A stretch of DNA of 64,000 nucleotides from Pyrinomonadaceae bacterium (lineage in GTDB: Bacteria > Acidobacteriota > Blastocatellia > Pyrinomonadales > Pyrinomonadaceae), in assembly GCA_036379695.1 (NCBI GenBank), contig DASVGE010000019.1, forward strand, positions 976 to 64,975. The letters are read 5' to 3'. The notes below the pieces were generated by a model, which was not told where the DNA came from, did no database searches, and was given only the letters and a program-made list of their open reading frames with translations. The translations under genes were made by a program, and so were the position numbers. Positions 44,052 through 52,614 of this stretch are shown piece after piece. Numbering within the stretch: the first letter of the stretch is position 1; each line of letters starts with the position of its first letter.

Positions 44052-45041
44052 CGCTAATTCGCAGACGAGCATTTCGAGTTGGAGACGAGGTGTTGCCTGC
44101 GAGGTTTTGATGGCCAGATCGGTGGCGGCGGTGAGTTGAATACCGCGAGCGATCTTGGCGGCGCTGCTGCGTTGGAGAGTGGAAATGTATGAGTCGCGTT
44201 TGAATGGCGGCAGCGAGATGTTGCGAAACACTTCTTCGCGGCCGCCACGCGCCATTAAATGTTTACCGAGGGCGAGCCGGTGATAGTTGCCGGCGATCAG
44301 CCCGACGAGCATGACGGGTTCGGCGCCGTCTTCGAGCAGCCGGTGAAGTGTTTCGAGTGCCTTTTTGCGATTACCGGCGAGTAGGTGATCGCCCAACTCG
44401 AAATTGGACAGTTCGCGTGAGCGTCCGATCAGTTCGTCTACCAGCGCCGGCGTGATCCGGCCAGTGTCCGCAGCGGCTGAAGTGAGTTTCTCGAGTTCGT
44501 TGTTGAGCGTTTGGACGTCGGTTCCGACCAGCCGGATGACTTCGCTCAGTACCTGATCGTCAGCCGTAACTTTCAACTCTTTCAACCGCGACCTGGCCCA
44601 CGCCTTTGCTTCCGCATCCTTCAGCGGCCCGAACTCGACCACGGTACAAACGTCCAGTAGCACCTTGCTGGATTTCTTTCGTTTGTCGAGCTCGTCAGCG
44701 ACGAAGATCATCACTGTGGTCCGCGCCGGGTTGTTCAAATAACGAATGAGAACCTCTTCGTCGGCTTCACGCAGCCTGGCGAAGTCGCGAATGCGGACCA
44801 CGCGCATGTCCGACATCATCGGCAACTGCTCGGCGGCTGCGATAGCAGACTGCACCGGATCGCTCAACAGGCTGAAAGCAGATTCGTTGAACTCGCGCAG
44901 CAACGTTCGACTGAGCGCGGCTTCAGTGATCGCCTTCGCCGCAACTCTGCGCAGGTAGATCTCGGGACCAAGCAGCAGGTAGAGCGGTCGCAGGCCTTCC
45001 CGCAAAGAGCGCTCAAGCTCTGTACGCGTCAGCGTTTTCAT
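44046..45041 (-). CDS. holA: DNA polymerase III subunit delta
   Basis: 331 aa with a holA-like sequence. It sits in the conserved lptE-holA arrangement. Confidence 0.88.
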   Translation of the reverse strand: MKTLTRTELERSLREGLRPLYLLLGPEIYLRRVAAKAITEAALSRTLLREFNESAFSLLSDPVQSAIAAAEQLPMMSDMRVVRIRDFARLREADEEVLIRYLNNPARTTVMIFVADELDKRKKSSKVLLDVCTVVEFGPLKDAEAKAWARSRLKELKVTADDQVLSEVIRLVGTDVQTLNNELEKLTSAAADTGRITPALVDELIGRSRELSNFELGDHLLAGNRKKALETLHRLLEDGAEPVMLVGLIAGNYHRLALGKHLMARGGREEVFRNISLPPFKRDSYISTLQRSSAAKIARGIQLTAATDLAIKTSQATPRLQLEMLVCELAS

Positions 45042-45586
45042 TTCTTTCCGATTTCGGCGGCGTTGATGAGTGTTGAGACGATGCTCTCCGCAAAACTGCG
45101 CGACATGCGAAGGATGGCCGGATCTTCCTCGTTGAAGAAGCTACGCGGATCGCTCGCGAATTCGTATTCGCCGCGAAACACGAAGTTCTGATTATCGTAA
45201 AGCACACGGTTCTCAGTTTGATCGCGCACAGTGACGGCAGCGACTATCGTGACTTCAAAGATTCGCGCGCGTCCCTTGTCATCGAGCAACACGCCGCCGA
45301 AGTTGAAACTCCTGATAACACCTTCGATCACGGCGTCGGCGCCCTCGCGTTCTCCCTGCACGCGCAACCCACGCCCGCGATGCACAAGTTCCCGCATCAC
45401 CGCGTCAGTGAAACGCGACTCAACCTTGTAGCGCAGCGCCTGACTCTCCATCTGAAACGCCGGCACCGCGACAGTCTTGATCCGCGCAGGAAGCTGATTC
45501 TTAGTCACCGGCTTATAGCACTCCGCAAAACCGGAAACGAACGCGAGCATCAGGATGAAAAGGGAAACACGTAGGAGCTTATTCAT
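45038..45586 (-). CDS. lptE: LPS-assembly lipoprotein LptE-like
   Basis: 182 aa with a signal peptide and a Cys (…GFAEC). Its position immediately upstream of holA is the conserved context. The start of holA overlaps its stop. Confidence 0.7.
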   Translation of the reverse strand: MNKLLRVSLFILMLAFVSGFAECYKPVTKNQLPARIKTVAVPAFQMESQALRYKVESRFTDAVMRELVHRGRGLRVQGEREGADAVIEGVIRSFNFGGVLLDDKGRARIFEVTIVAAVTVRDQTENRVLYDNQNFVFRGEYEFASDPRSFFNEEDPAILRMSRSFAESIVSTLINAAEIGKK

Positions 45587-45601
45587 CGGTCGTGGATTCT
45601 C

Positions 45602-46474
45602 TCATATTGGCCGCGGATTATCACGGATGCTCCGCGCCACACGGATTGTTTCGACGGTGGCTTTCACGTCATGCACGCGGACGATGTGGGCGCCGTGGAG
45701 GATGGAGGTGGTGATGGTGGCCATGGTGCCGTGGAGGCGATCTTCGACGGGGGCGGGCGTTCCGCTTTCGTCGGCGAGGATGCGGCCGATGAAGGACTTG
45801 CGAGACGTGCCGATGAGTAAGGGATAGTCGGGGAAGACGGCGATTAGTTGATCGAGCTTCGCGATTAATTCGAGGTTTTGATCCTGGGTTTTGCCGAAGC
45901 CGATTCCCGGATCGATGACAATTGACTCGCGCTTCACGCCACGTCGTTCGGCCATGTTGATACTGGCGCGCAGACTGTGCGTGACTTCGTGCATGATGTC
46001 GGCGACTGGCGGAAGGCGGTGCATCGTGGCGGGTGTGCCGCGTGAGTGCATCAGGACGAGGCCTGCGCCGGCTCGCGCTACGGCGTCGGCGACGTAGAAA
46101 TCGAAACGCAACGCTGAGATGTCGTTGACGATCGCTGCGCCTGCGTCCAGGGCCGCCCGTGCTACTTCCGATTTCGTGGTGTCGACGGAGACTGGGATTT
46201 TGCTTCGCTGGGTGAGAGCTTCGATAACGGGAACGACGCGTTCTATCTCTTCTTCAATCGAAACCGGCTCGCCGCCAGGTCGCGTAGATTCGCCACCGAC
46301 GTCGATGATGTCCGCACCTTCCGAGATCATCGTCTCGGCGTGGGCCAGCGCCTTATCGAAGTCAACAAACTGTCCGCCGTCGCTGAAGCTATCAGGGGTG
46401 ACATTAAGAATGCCCATGATGAGCGTTCGCTCACCGATGGGCATTACTCGATCTCTAATTTGCCAGGAAGTCAT
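45602..46474 (-). CDS. folP: Dihydropteroate synthase
   Basis: 290 aa. Motifs GILNVTPDSFSDGG and DVGGESTRPG. Confidence 0.95.
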   Translation of the reverse strand: MTSWQIRDRVMPIGERTLIMGILNVTPDSFSDGGQFVDFDKALAHAETMISEGADIIDVGGESTRPGGEPVSIEEEIERVVPVIEALTQRSKIPVSVDTTKSEVARAALDAGAAIVNDISALRFDFYVADAVARAGAGLVLMHSRGTPATMHRLPPVADIMHEVTHSLRASINMAERRGVKRESIVIDPGIGFGKTQDQNLELIAKLDQLIAVFPDYPLLIGTSRKSFIGRILADESGTPAPVEDRLHGTMATITTSILHGAHIVRVHDVKATVETIRVARSIRDNPRPI

Positions 46475-46521
46475 TTTCCACAGATTACACAGATTAAGTG
46501 AATCTGTGTAATCTGTGGATG
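46474..46521. repeat. Intergenic palindromic element, type A (perfect 18-bp arms)
   Basis: CCACAGATTACACAGATT (46478-46495), AAGTG loop, AATCTGTGTAATCTGTGG (46501-46518). The left head is TTTTCCACA. Confidence 0.95.
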
Positions 46522-46524
46522 GTT

Positions 46525-48462
46525 TTAGGCAGGTTGCGGATTGCCGCCGGTTATCGGTGGCAGAATCGGCTTGAGCGGTTTTGCCGTTGGCTCCTTCAAC
46601 TGCGGCCGATCCTCGTCGTTGCCCGAGTCAACTGACGGATTCTCATCCAGCGGCAAGCCCGCCACGATCCGTCGAATCTCAACGCCGTCCAACGACTCAC
46701 GCTCCAACAGGCACTCAGCCAAACGAATCATCGTGTCGCGGTTCTCTTCGATGATCGCCTTCGCTCTTTCATACTGCGCGGTGACGATCTTCTTCACCTG
46801 CTCATCAATCTTGATGGCGGTGTCTTCAGAGAAATCACGATGCTGAGCAATCTCACGTCCGAGGAAGATCTGCTCTTCCTTCTTGCCGAAGGTCAGCGGA
46901 CCCATGTCAGACATGCCATACTCGCAAACCATCGCGCGCGCGAGTTCCGTCGCACGTTCGATATCGTTTGAAGCTCCCGTGGTGATACTGCCGAGGAATG
47001 TCTCTTCAGCAATGCGACCACCCATCAGGATCGAGATCTGGCCCAGCAGGTATTCCTGACTGTAGTTGTGACGATCGCCTTCGGGAAGCTGTTGCGTCAC
47101 ACCCAGCGCCATACCACGCGGAATGATGGTCACTTTGTGAACCGGATCCGCATTTGGCACCTTCAGACCAACCAGCGTGTGACCCGCTTCGTGGTAAGCC
47201 GTAACGCGCTTCTCCTCGTTCGAGATCACCATGCTCTTGCGCTCAGCGCCCATCAACACCTTGTCTTTCGCCAACTCGAAGTCGCCCATTGCGACGAGCT
47301 TCTTGTTGTAACGAGCGGCATTGAGAGCGGCTTCGTTAACCAGGTTCGCCAGATCGGCTCCGGTGAATCCCGGTGTTCCCCGCGCGATCACGGAGATATC
47401 AACGTCTTCACCGAGGGGAATCTTGCGAGTGTGAACTTTCAGGATGCCCTCGCGTCCACGAACGTCAGGTCGCGAAACAACCACACGTCGATCGAAACGC
47501 CCCGGTCGCAGCAACGCAGGATCCAACACGTCCGGACGGTTGGTCGAAGCGATCAGGATTACACCGTCATTCGATTCGAAGCCGTCCATCTCAACCAGCA
47601 ACTGGTTCAACGTCTGTTCGCGTTCATCATGTCCGCCACCAAGACCGGCGCCACGATGGCGTCCCACCGCATCGATCTCGTCGATGAAGATGATGCACGG
47701 TGCATTCTTCTTGCCTTGTTCAAACAAGTCGCGCACGCGAGATGCGCCGACGCCCACAAACATCTCGACAAAGTCTGAACCCGAGATCGAGAAGAACGGA
47801 ACGTTTGCTTCACCGGCGATCGCACGGGCCAGCAACGTCTTTCCGGTTCCCGGCGGTCCCATCATCAAAACGCCCTTGGGAATGCGTCCACCCAGCTTCT
47901 GAAACTTCTGCGGTTCCTTAAGAAACTCGATGATCTCCTGTAACTCTTCCTTCGCTTCTTCAACTCCAGCCACGTCCTTGAACGTCACACGTTTCTGCTG
48001 GTTGTTGAGTAGCTTTGCCCGCGACTTGCCAAACGATAACGCCTTGTTACCGCCTGACTGCATCTGTCGCAGCATGAAGATCCAGATTGCGATGATAAAC
48101 AGGAGCGGAGCCCACGTTATAAGCATGGGCCATATAAAACTGCTACTCGATTCTTCTTCGACCTTTTGTACACGAGGCTTGCCGTTGACCAATTCGCGCG
48201 CCGACTTGAGCAACTCGGCTTTCGCAAACTCATTCGACAACGTCGCGCGGTATTCCTGGCCACTATTATCGATAGCTACGCTTTCATTCTGCTTAACTGT
48301 TAACGATTTAAGATTACCGCTCTGGATCATCTGATCCATGTCGGTAAGTGCGACGGGCTTAGAAGTGTTGCCGCGCGGATTAACCAGCTTATATAGCAAT
48401 AGTGCTCCCGCAATAATCAGGAGCCAAAATACGATTTGTCTTGCCGTAGAACTCAAATTCAT
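46525..48462 (-). CDS. ftsH: ATP-dependent zinc metalloprotease FtsH
   Basis: 645 aa. Two N-terminal TM helices, Walker A GPPGTGKT and the zinc motif HEAGH. Confidence 0.97.
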   Translation of the reverse strand: MNLSSTARQIVFWLLIIAGALLLYKLVNPRGNTSKPVALTDMDQMIQSGNLKSLTVKQNESVAIDNSGQEYRATLSNEFAKAELLKSARELVNGKPRVQKVEEESSSSFIWPMLITWAPLLFIIAIWIFMLRQMQSGGNKALSFGKSRAKLLNNQQKRVTFKDVAGVEEAKEELQEIIEFLKEPQKFQKLGGRIPKGVLMMGPPGTGKTLLARAIAGEANVPFFSISGSDFVEMFVGVGASRVRDLFEQGKKNAPCIIFIDEIDAVGRHRGAGLGGGHDEREQTLNQLLVEMDGFESNDGVILIASTNRPDVLDPALLRPGRFDRRVVVSRPDVRGREGILKVHTRKIPLGEDVDISVIARGTPGFTGADLANLVNEAALNAARYNKKLVAMGDFELAKDKVLMGAERKSMVISNEEKRVTAYHEAGHTLVGLKVPNADPVHKVTIIPRGMALGVTQQLPEGDRHNYSQEYLLGQISILMGGRIAEETFLGSITTGASNDIERATELARAMVCEYGMSDMGPLTFGKKEEQIFLGREIAQHRDFSEDTAIKIDEQVKKIVTAQYERAKAIIEENRDTMIRLAECLLERESLDGVEIRRIVAGLPLDENPSVDSGNDEDRPQLKEPTAKPLKPILPPITGGNPQPA

Positions 48463-48649
48463 TAACGCCTCCGACCCCTGATAATACCTTAACAGGGCGT
48501 CATTTGTCGCTGTCCACCCTCGACGTCACAACGCCGAAGTCCACTCATTCAAAACAACCGTAACTTTGATGCAGTCTAGCAATTAAGGTTCCCTATCACG
48601 CTAAAAAACGCACCTCACTTCAGGACTATAGAGATTGAACGCTGCTTTT

Positions 48650-49693
48650 TCAAACTTTTTCAGACTCAAACTCCAGCCGGTTCCGCCGGCGTCGCACCCG
48701 TCCTCCGTTTGGCAGCTCCACGATGCGACCGCCGGCACTACCCTCCAGAAGCTTCTCCACCGCCAGCAAGTGAACCATTTCAAGTCTGCGTGTACCACCT
48801 CGCGCGTCCGAAAGCCATTGCCGCAGCGCCCTGCGTCGCAGTGCCGGCGGCTCGTTGGCCAGGACCTTTACGTCGAGCGCGGGCGCTTTGGTTTCACTTT
48901 CGCCCCCATTCTCCTCATTAGACACCGCCGCACGCTGTAAAAGTGCATCGGAATCTTTGAAAAGAACGGCATCGTCCTCGCGCAGCTGCGCGGCCGTGCG
49001 TGAAAGGGCTTCGGCGATGCGGTTGTTGAACGACTGCATCAGCGGCAGGAGCTGTTTCCGGACTTTGACGCGTGCGAAACTCTGATCGTCGTTCATTTCG
49101 TCGTCTAAAAACTGTGTTTTTCGAAGGCGACAGTAGTCTTCAGTCTCGATGCGTCGTGCCCAGAGCAGCGGTCGAGCCAGTTTGATGGCGCTGTTTTTTG
49201 CGATCGGACGAACGGCGTCCATGCCGCCGAGGCCAGAGCTGGCGCTGCCGCGCATTAATCGCAGGAGCACTGTCTCTGCCTGGTCGTCCATTGTGTGGGC
49301 GGTCAGGATGTAGTTTGCGGAGACCCGTTTGGCCGTTCGTTCCAGAAATGCGTAGCGCGCTTCTCGTGCCGCCTGTTCGAGGTTGTCGTTGGCGGCGCGG
49401 GCGTCTTCGGCAACTCTGCTCCGGCCGATAATGCTGCGAAACCCGAGTTTTTGCGCGAGCGCGGCGACCCATTTGGCGTCTTTACTGCTCGATTTCCGCA
49501 AGCGGTGATCGAGATGGGCGACGCAGATGGTCGCGTGGAGTTTGTGGTGTTTTTTGAGCTCGTCGATGGCGAGCAGCAGGGCGGTGGAATCGGCGCCACC
49601 CGAAACGGCGACGACGATCGTTTCACCCGAATTCGGAAGCCTGAGCTTGCGCCACTCCACCAGCAGCATCCGCGAGAATTGACTCAATCGCAT
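48650..49693 (-). CDS. tilS: tRNA(Ile)-lysidine synthase
   Basis: PP-loop motif VAVSGGADS. I prefer the ATG at 49693. The ORF-track GTG at 49747 lies inside the GC-rich hairpin. Confidence 0.9.
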   Translation of the reverse strand: MRLSQFSRMLLVEWRKLRLPNSGETIVVAVSGGADSTALLLAIDELKKHHKLHATICVAHLDHRLRKSSSKDAKWVAALAQKLGFRSIIGRSRVAEDARAANDNLEQAAREARYAFLERTAKRVSANYILTAHTMDDQAETVLLRLMRGSASSGLGGMDAVRPIAKNSAIKLARPLLWARRIETEDYCRLRKTQFLDDEMNDDQSFARVKVRKQLLPLMQSFNNRIAEALSRTAAQLREDDAVLFKDSDALLQRAAVSNEENGGESETKAPALDVKVLANEPPALRRRALRQWLSDARGGTRRLEMVHLLAVEKLLEGSAGGRIVELPNGGRVRRRRNRLEFESEKV

Positions 49694-49738
49694 GACGCTG
49701 ATTTTCAAGCTCCTTAATGAAAAGAACAAGTCAGCAGA

Positions 49739-49870
49739 CAAGAACACCCCAAAACAGGCCAGTTTAGATAGAACAAGTCAGGAAGAGGGGCTTGCCCCCG
49801 CTGCAAATTAACAGCGAAACAGCGGGGGCAAGCCCCTCTTCCTGACTTGTTCGGTTTTGAGGGGTTCTTG
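49739..49870. repeat. GC-rich nested hairpin, unrelated to the main repeat family
   Basis: Perfect 32-bp arms AACAAGTCAGGAAGAGGGGCTTGCCCCCGCTG (49772-49803) and its exact complement (49820-49851), with a 16-nt spacer. Outer 17-nt arms lie at 49739-49755 and 49854-49870 (2 mismatches). Confidence 0.95.
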
Positions 49871-49997
49871 TTCTGTTGAAATCTGTTCTGTTTCCCCGCC
49901 ACGAAGCCGCAATACTTTATTGAAACTATCGCGTCGTTTGTCGTTTAGAACACCTAGCGCTCTAAAAACCCGGCTTAGCAGCGAACAGGGGGAAACG

Positions 49998-50195
49998 ATG
50001 AGGGTAGAAAATCAAATGAGATTTAACGAATGGTTACTGGGTTCCACCATCTTGTGCCAATCGTGCGGTTGTCTTTGGCTGGTGCCTGCCGCCCAGAAAG
50101 ACGATAGCTACCTTTGCCGGCAGTGCGGCAGTGAAGTCAGCAGCAAACAGAAACCAGTTACCGGCGACCCGTCCGGCAAACGTTCCAATAGTTAA
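49998..50195 (+). CDS. Possible small zinc-ribbon protein
   Basis: 65 aa with CQSC…CRQC. GGGGGA lies 5 nt upstream of the ATG. There is no other support. Confidence 0.35.
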   Translation: MRVENQMRFNEWLLGSTILCQSCGCLWLVPAAQKDDSYLCRQCGSEVSSKQKPVTGDPSGKRSNS

Positions 50196-50401
50196 AACGT
50201 TCCGGTCACAAAATCGAACAGCGCGGTGTTTACCTCACGGAGCAACTAGTTCGGCATCACTCTCGATCAACTCGCCAGGGCTTTGGCCGCCCGAACGACG
50301 AACAGCTACTGATCCTCGCAATGAGCGACACCGGCTTCGCCTTTATTACGGCTCAGGGACCGCGGCGAGCGCGAGGAGTAATCGACGCATCACAGCCGTT
50401 T

Positions 50402-50440
50402 CACAGATCTCCTGAAATCGTTGTAATCTGTGCTATCCGT
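50402..50440. repeat. Possible degenerate relic of the palindromic element
   Basis: CACAGATCT…GTAATCTGTGCTATCCGTG contains element-type units but has poor symmetry. Confidence 0.35.
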
Positions 50441-50467
50441 GCCTAAATCTTTGTTCGAGGATTTGAG

Positions 50468-52555
50468 ATGAAATTAAGAAAATTCTTTGCTGCGCTCCTA
50501 CTGGCGCTATTCAGTTTACAAACACTGCACATCACCGCGCTGGCCGACGAAGGCATGTGGACCTTCAACAACGTCCCGCGCGCCGAAATCAAGAAGAAAT
50601 ACGGATTCGAAGTTACCGACGAATGGCTGAACAAAGTTCGGCTCGCCTCCGTGCGCTTCAACAGCGGCGGTTCGGGCTCATTCGTATCTCCAAACGGCCT
50701 GGTGCTCACGAACTATCACATCGTTGAAAACATCGTCGGCGAGGTGAGCACGCCGCAGAGAGACCTGGCGAAGGAAGGCTTTGTCGCGAAGACCCGCGCC
50801 GAAGAGATCAAAGCGCCGAGCCTCGAACTAAACGTGCTGCAAAGTATCGAAGATGTCACCTCGCGCGTAAACGGAGCCGTGAAGGCCGGCACGACTGACG
50901 CCGAAGCGTTTGCCGCGCGACGCGCTGAGATCGCGGCAATCGAAGGAGAGTCGTTGAAGGCGACTGGATTGCGCTCAGACGTTGTCACGCTTTACCAGGG
51001 CGGCCAATACAATCTTTATCGCTATAAGAAATACACGGACGTTCGACTCGTGTTTGTTCCTGAATTCCAGGCCGCATTTTTCGGCGGCGATCCGGACAAC
51101 TTCAACTTCCCGCGCTTCAACATCGACATGGCGCTGGTCCGCGTTTATGAAAACGATCAGCCGGTCCGTTCCGATAACTATTTCAAGTGGTCCACAGCCG
51201 GCCCGAAAGAAGGCAGCCTCGTTTTCGTGACGGGCAATCCGGGTTCGACCTCGCGTCTCAACACAGTGGCACACCTGGAAGAACTGCGCGACACCAGCAT
51301 CCCGATCATCATTCGTTTGCTTGAACGCCGCGAAGTGATGCTCAAGAAATACATGGCGATGGGTGAAGAGCAAACACGCCAGGCGCAGAGCGAATTGAAT
51401 AGCATCCAGAACAGTTTGAAGGTCTACCGCGGACAACTTAAGGGACTCAAAGATCCGTCCCTGCTGGCTCGCAAGACCAAAGAAGAACAGGCGCTGCGCA
51501 AATCGGTCGCTGCCAATCCGGAGCGACAGAAGCTTTATGGCGATGCCTGGGACGCGATCGCGAAGGCCCACAAGACATACCCGAGCTACATTCGCGAACG
51601 CCGTATATTCGAACAGCTTGGTGGCTTCAACAGCACCTTGTTCAACTTCGCGCGGACGCTCGTGCGGCTCGCGGGTGAGAGCGAGAAACCGAACGCCGAA
51701 CGACTGCCGGAGTACACCGACGCTCGTCGTGCTTCACTCGAGCTCACGCTCTATTCGCCGGCTCCGATCCATGAAGACTTCGAGAAGTTGAAACTCGCCG
51801 ATTCGCTCGCTTTCATGGTCGAGCTTCTGGGCGCTGACAACGCGCTCGCGAAGCAGGTGCTCGACGGCAAGTCTCCCGAAGCACGCGCCAACGAGATGAT
51901 CGCGGGCACGAAGCTGAAGGATCCGGCGGCTCGCAAAGAGTTGGCCAAGGGCGGCAAAGCTGCCATCGAGGCTTCGACAGATCCGATGATCGTGGTGGCG
52001 CGGCTGATCGATCCGAAGGCTCGAGAACTTCGCAAGCGTTATGACAGTGAAGTGGTGGGTGTGGAGCGTGCGAATTACGCAAAGATCGCCCGCGCACTCT
52101 TCGAGACTGAAGGAACGAAACTCTATCCCGATGCGACTTTCACGCTGCGTCTCTCATACGGCGCGGTTGAGGGTTACACCGAGGACGGCAAGAAGATTCC
52201 GCCGTTCACGACGCTGGGCGGACTTTATGCTCGCGCCGATGCATTCAAGCACCAGTTCCCATACGTGCTGCCACCGCGTTGGATGGAGAAGAAGAAAGAC
52301 GTCGATCCGAATACGCCGTTCAACTTCGTGTCGACCAACGACATCATCGGCGGTAACTCAGGTTCGCCGACGATCAATCAGAACGGTGAACTGGTTGGGT
52401 TGATTTTCGACGGAAACATTCAATCACTGGTCGGCGACTTCATGTACGACGGCTCAGTGAATCGCGCGATCTCGGTGGATTCGAGAGGAATGTTGGAGGT
52501 CTTGAAGAAGGTCTTCGGCGCCAACGAAATCGCCGCTGAATTAACTGCCAGCTAA
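50468..52555 (+). CDS. S46-family dipeptidyl-peptidase
   Basis: 695 aa. A signal peptide is followed by the hallmark ADEGMWTF. The catalytic Ser context is IIGGNSGSP. Confidence 0.9.
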   Translation: MKLRKFFAALLLALFSLQTLHITALADEGMWTFNNVPRAEIKKKYGFEVTDEWLNKVRLASVRFNSGGSGSFVSPNGLVLTNYHIVENIVGEVSTPQRDLAKEGFVAKTRAEEIKAPSLELNVLQSIEDVTSRVNGAVKAGTTDAEAFAARRAEIAAIEGESLKATGLRSDVVTLYQGGQYNLYRYKKYTDVRLVFVPEFQAAFFGGDPDNFNFPRFNIDMALVRVYENDQPVRSDNYFKWSTAGPKEGSLVFVTGNPGSTSRLNTVAHLEELRDTSIPIIIRLLERREVMLKKYMAMGEEQTRQAQSELNSIQNSLKVYRGQLKGLKDPSLLARKTKEEQALRKSVAANPERQKLYGDAWDAIAKAHKTYPSYIRERRIFEQLGGFNSTLFNFARTLVRLAGESEKPNAERLPEYTDARRASLELTLYSPAPIHEDFEKLKLADSLAFMVELLGADNALAKQVLDGKSPEARANEMIAGTKLKDPAARKELAKGGKAAIEASTDPMIVVARLIDPKARELRKRYDSEVVGVERANYAKIARALFETEGTKLYPDATFTLRLSYGAVEGYTEDGKKIPPFTTLGGLYARADAFKHQFPYVLPPRWMEKKKDVDPNTPFNFVSTNDIIGGNSGSPTINQNGELVGLIFDGNIQSLVGDFMYDGSVNRAISVDSRGMLEVLKKVFGANEIAAELTAS

Positions 52556-52559
52556 AAAT

Positions 52560-52614
52560 TAACCACGGATGACACGGAAAAAATCCGGATTTCACTCCGT
52601 GTCATGCGTGGTTA
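52560..52614. repeat. Intergenic palindromic element, type B short form, with inner palindrome AAATCCGGATTT
   Basis: TAACCACGGATGACACGGA (52560-52578) and TCCGTGTCATGCGTGGTTA (52596-52614), 1 mismatch. The inner self-complementary AAATCCGGATTT lies at 52581-52592. The right end contains the pcrA stop. Confidence 0.92.

Noticed and set aside
50131-50415. 94-aa ORF in the gap upstream of the S46 peptidase gene
   Set aside because: It overlaps the end of the zinc-ribbon mini-ORF out of frame. Its composition is Arg/Ser/Ala-rich with no start context or motif, so it is more likely non-coding.
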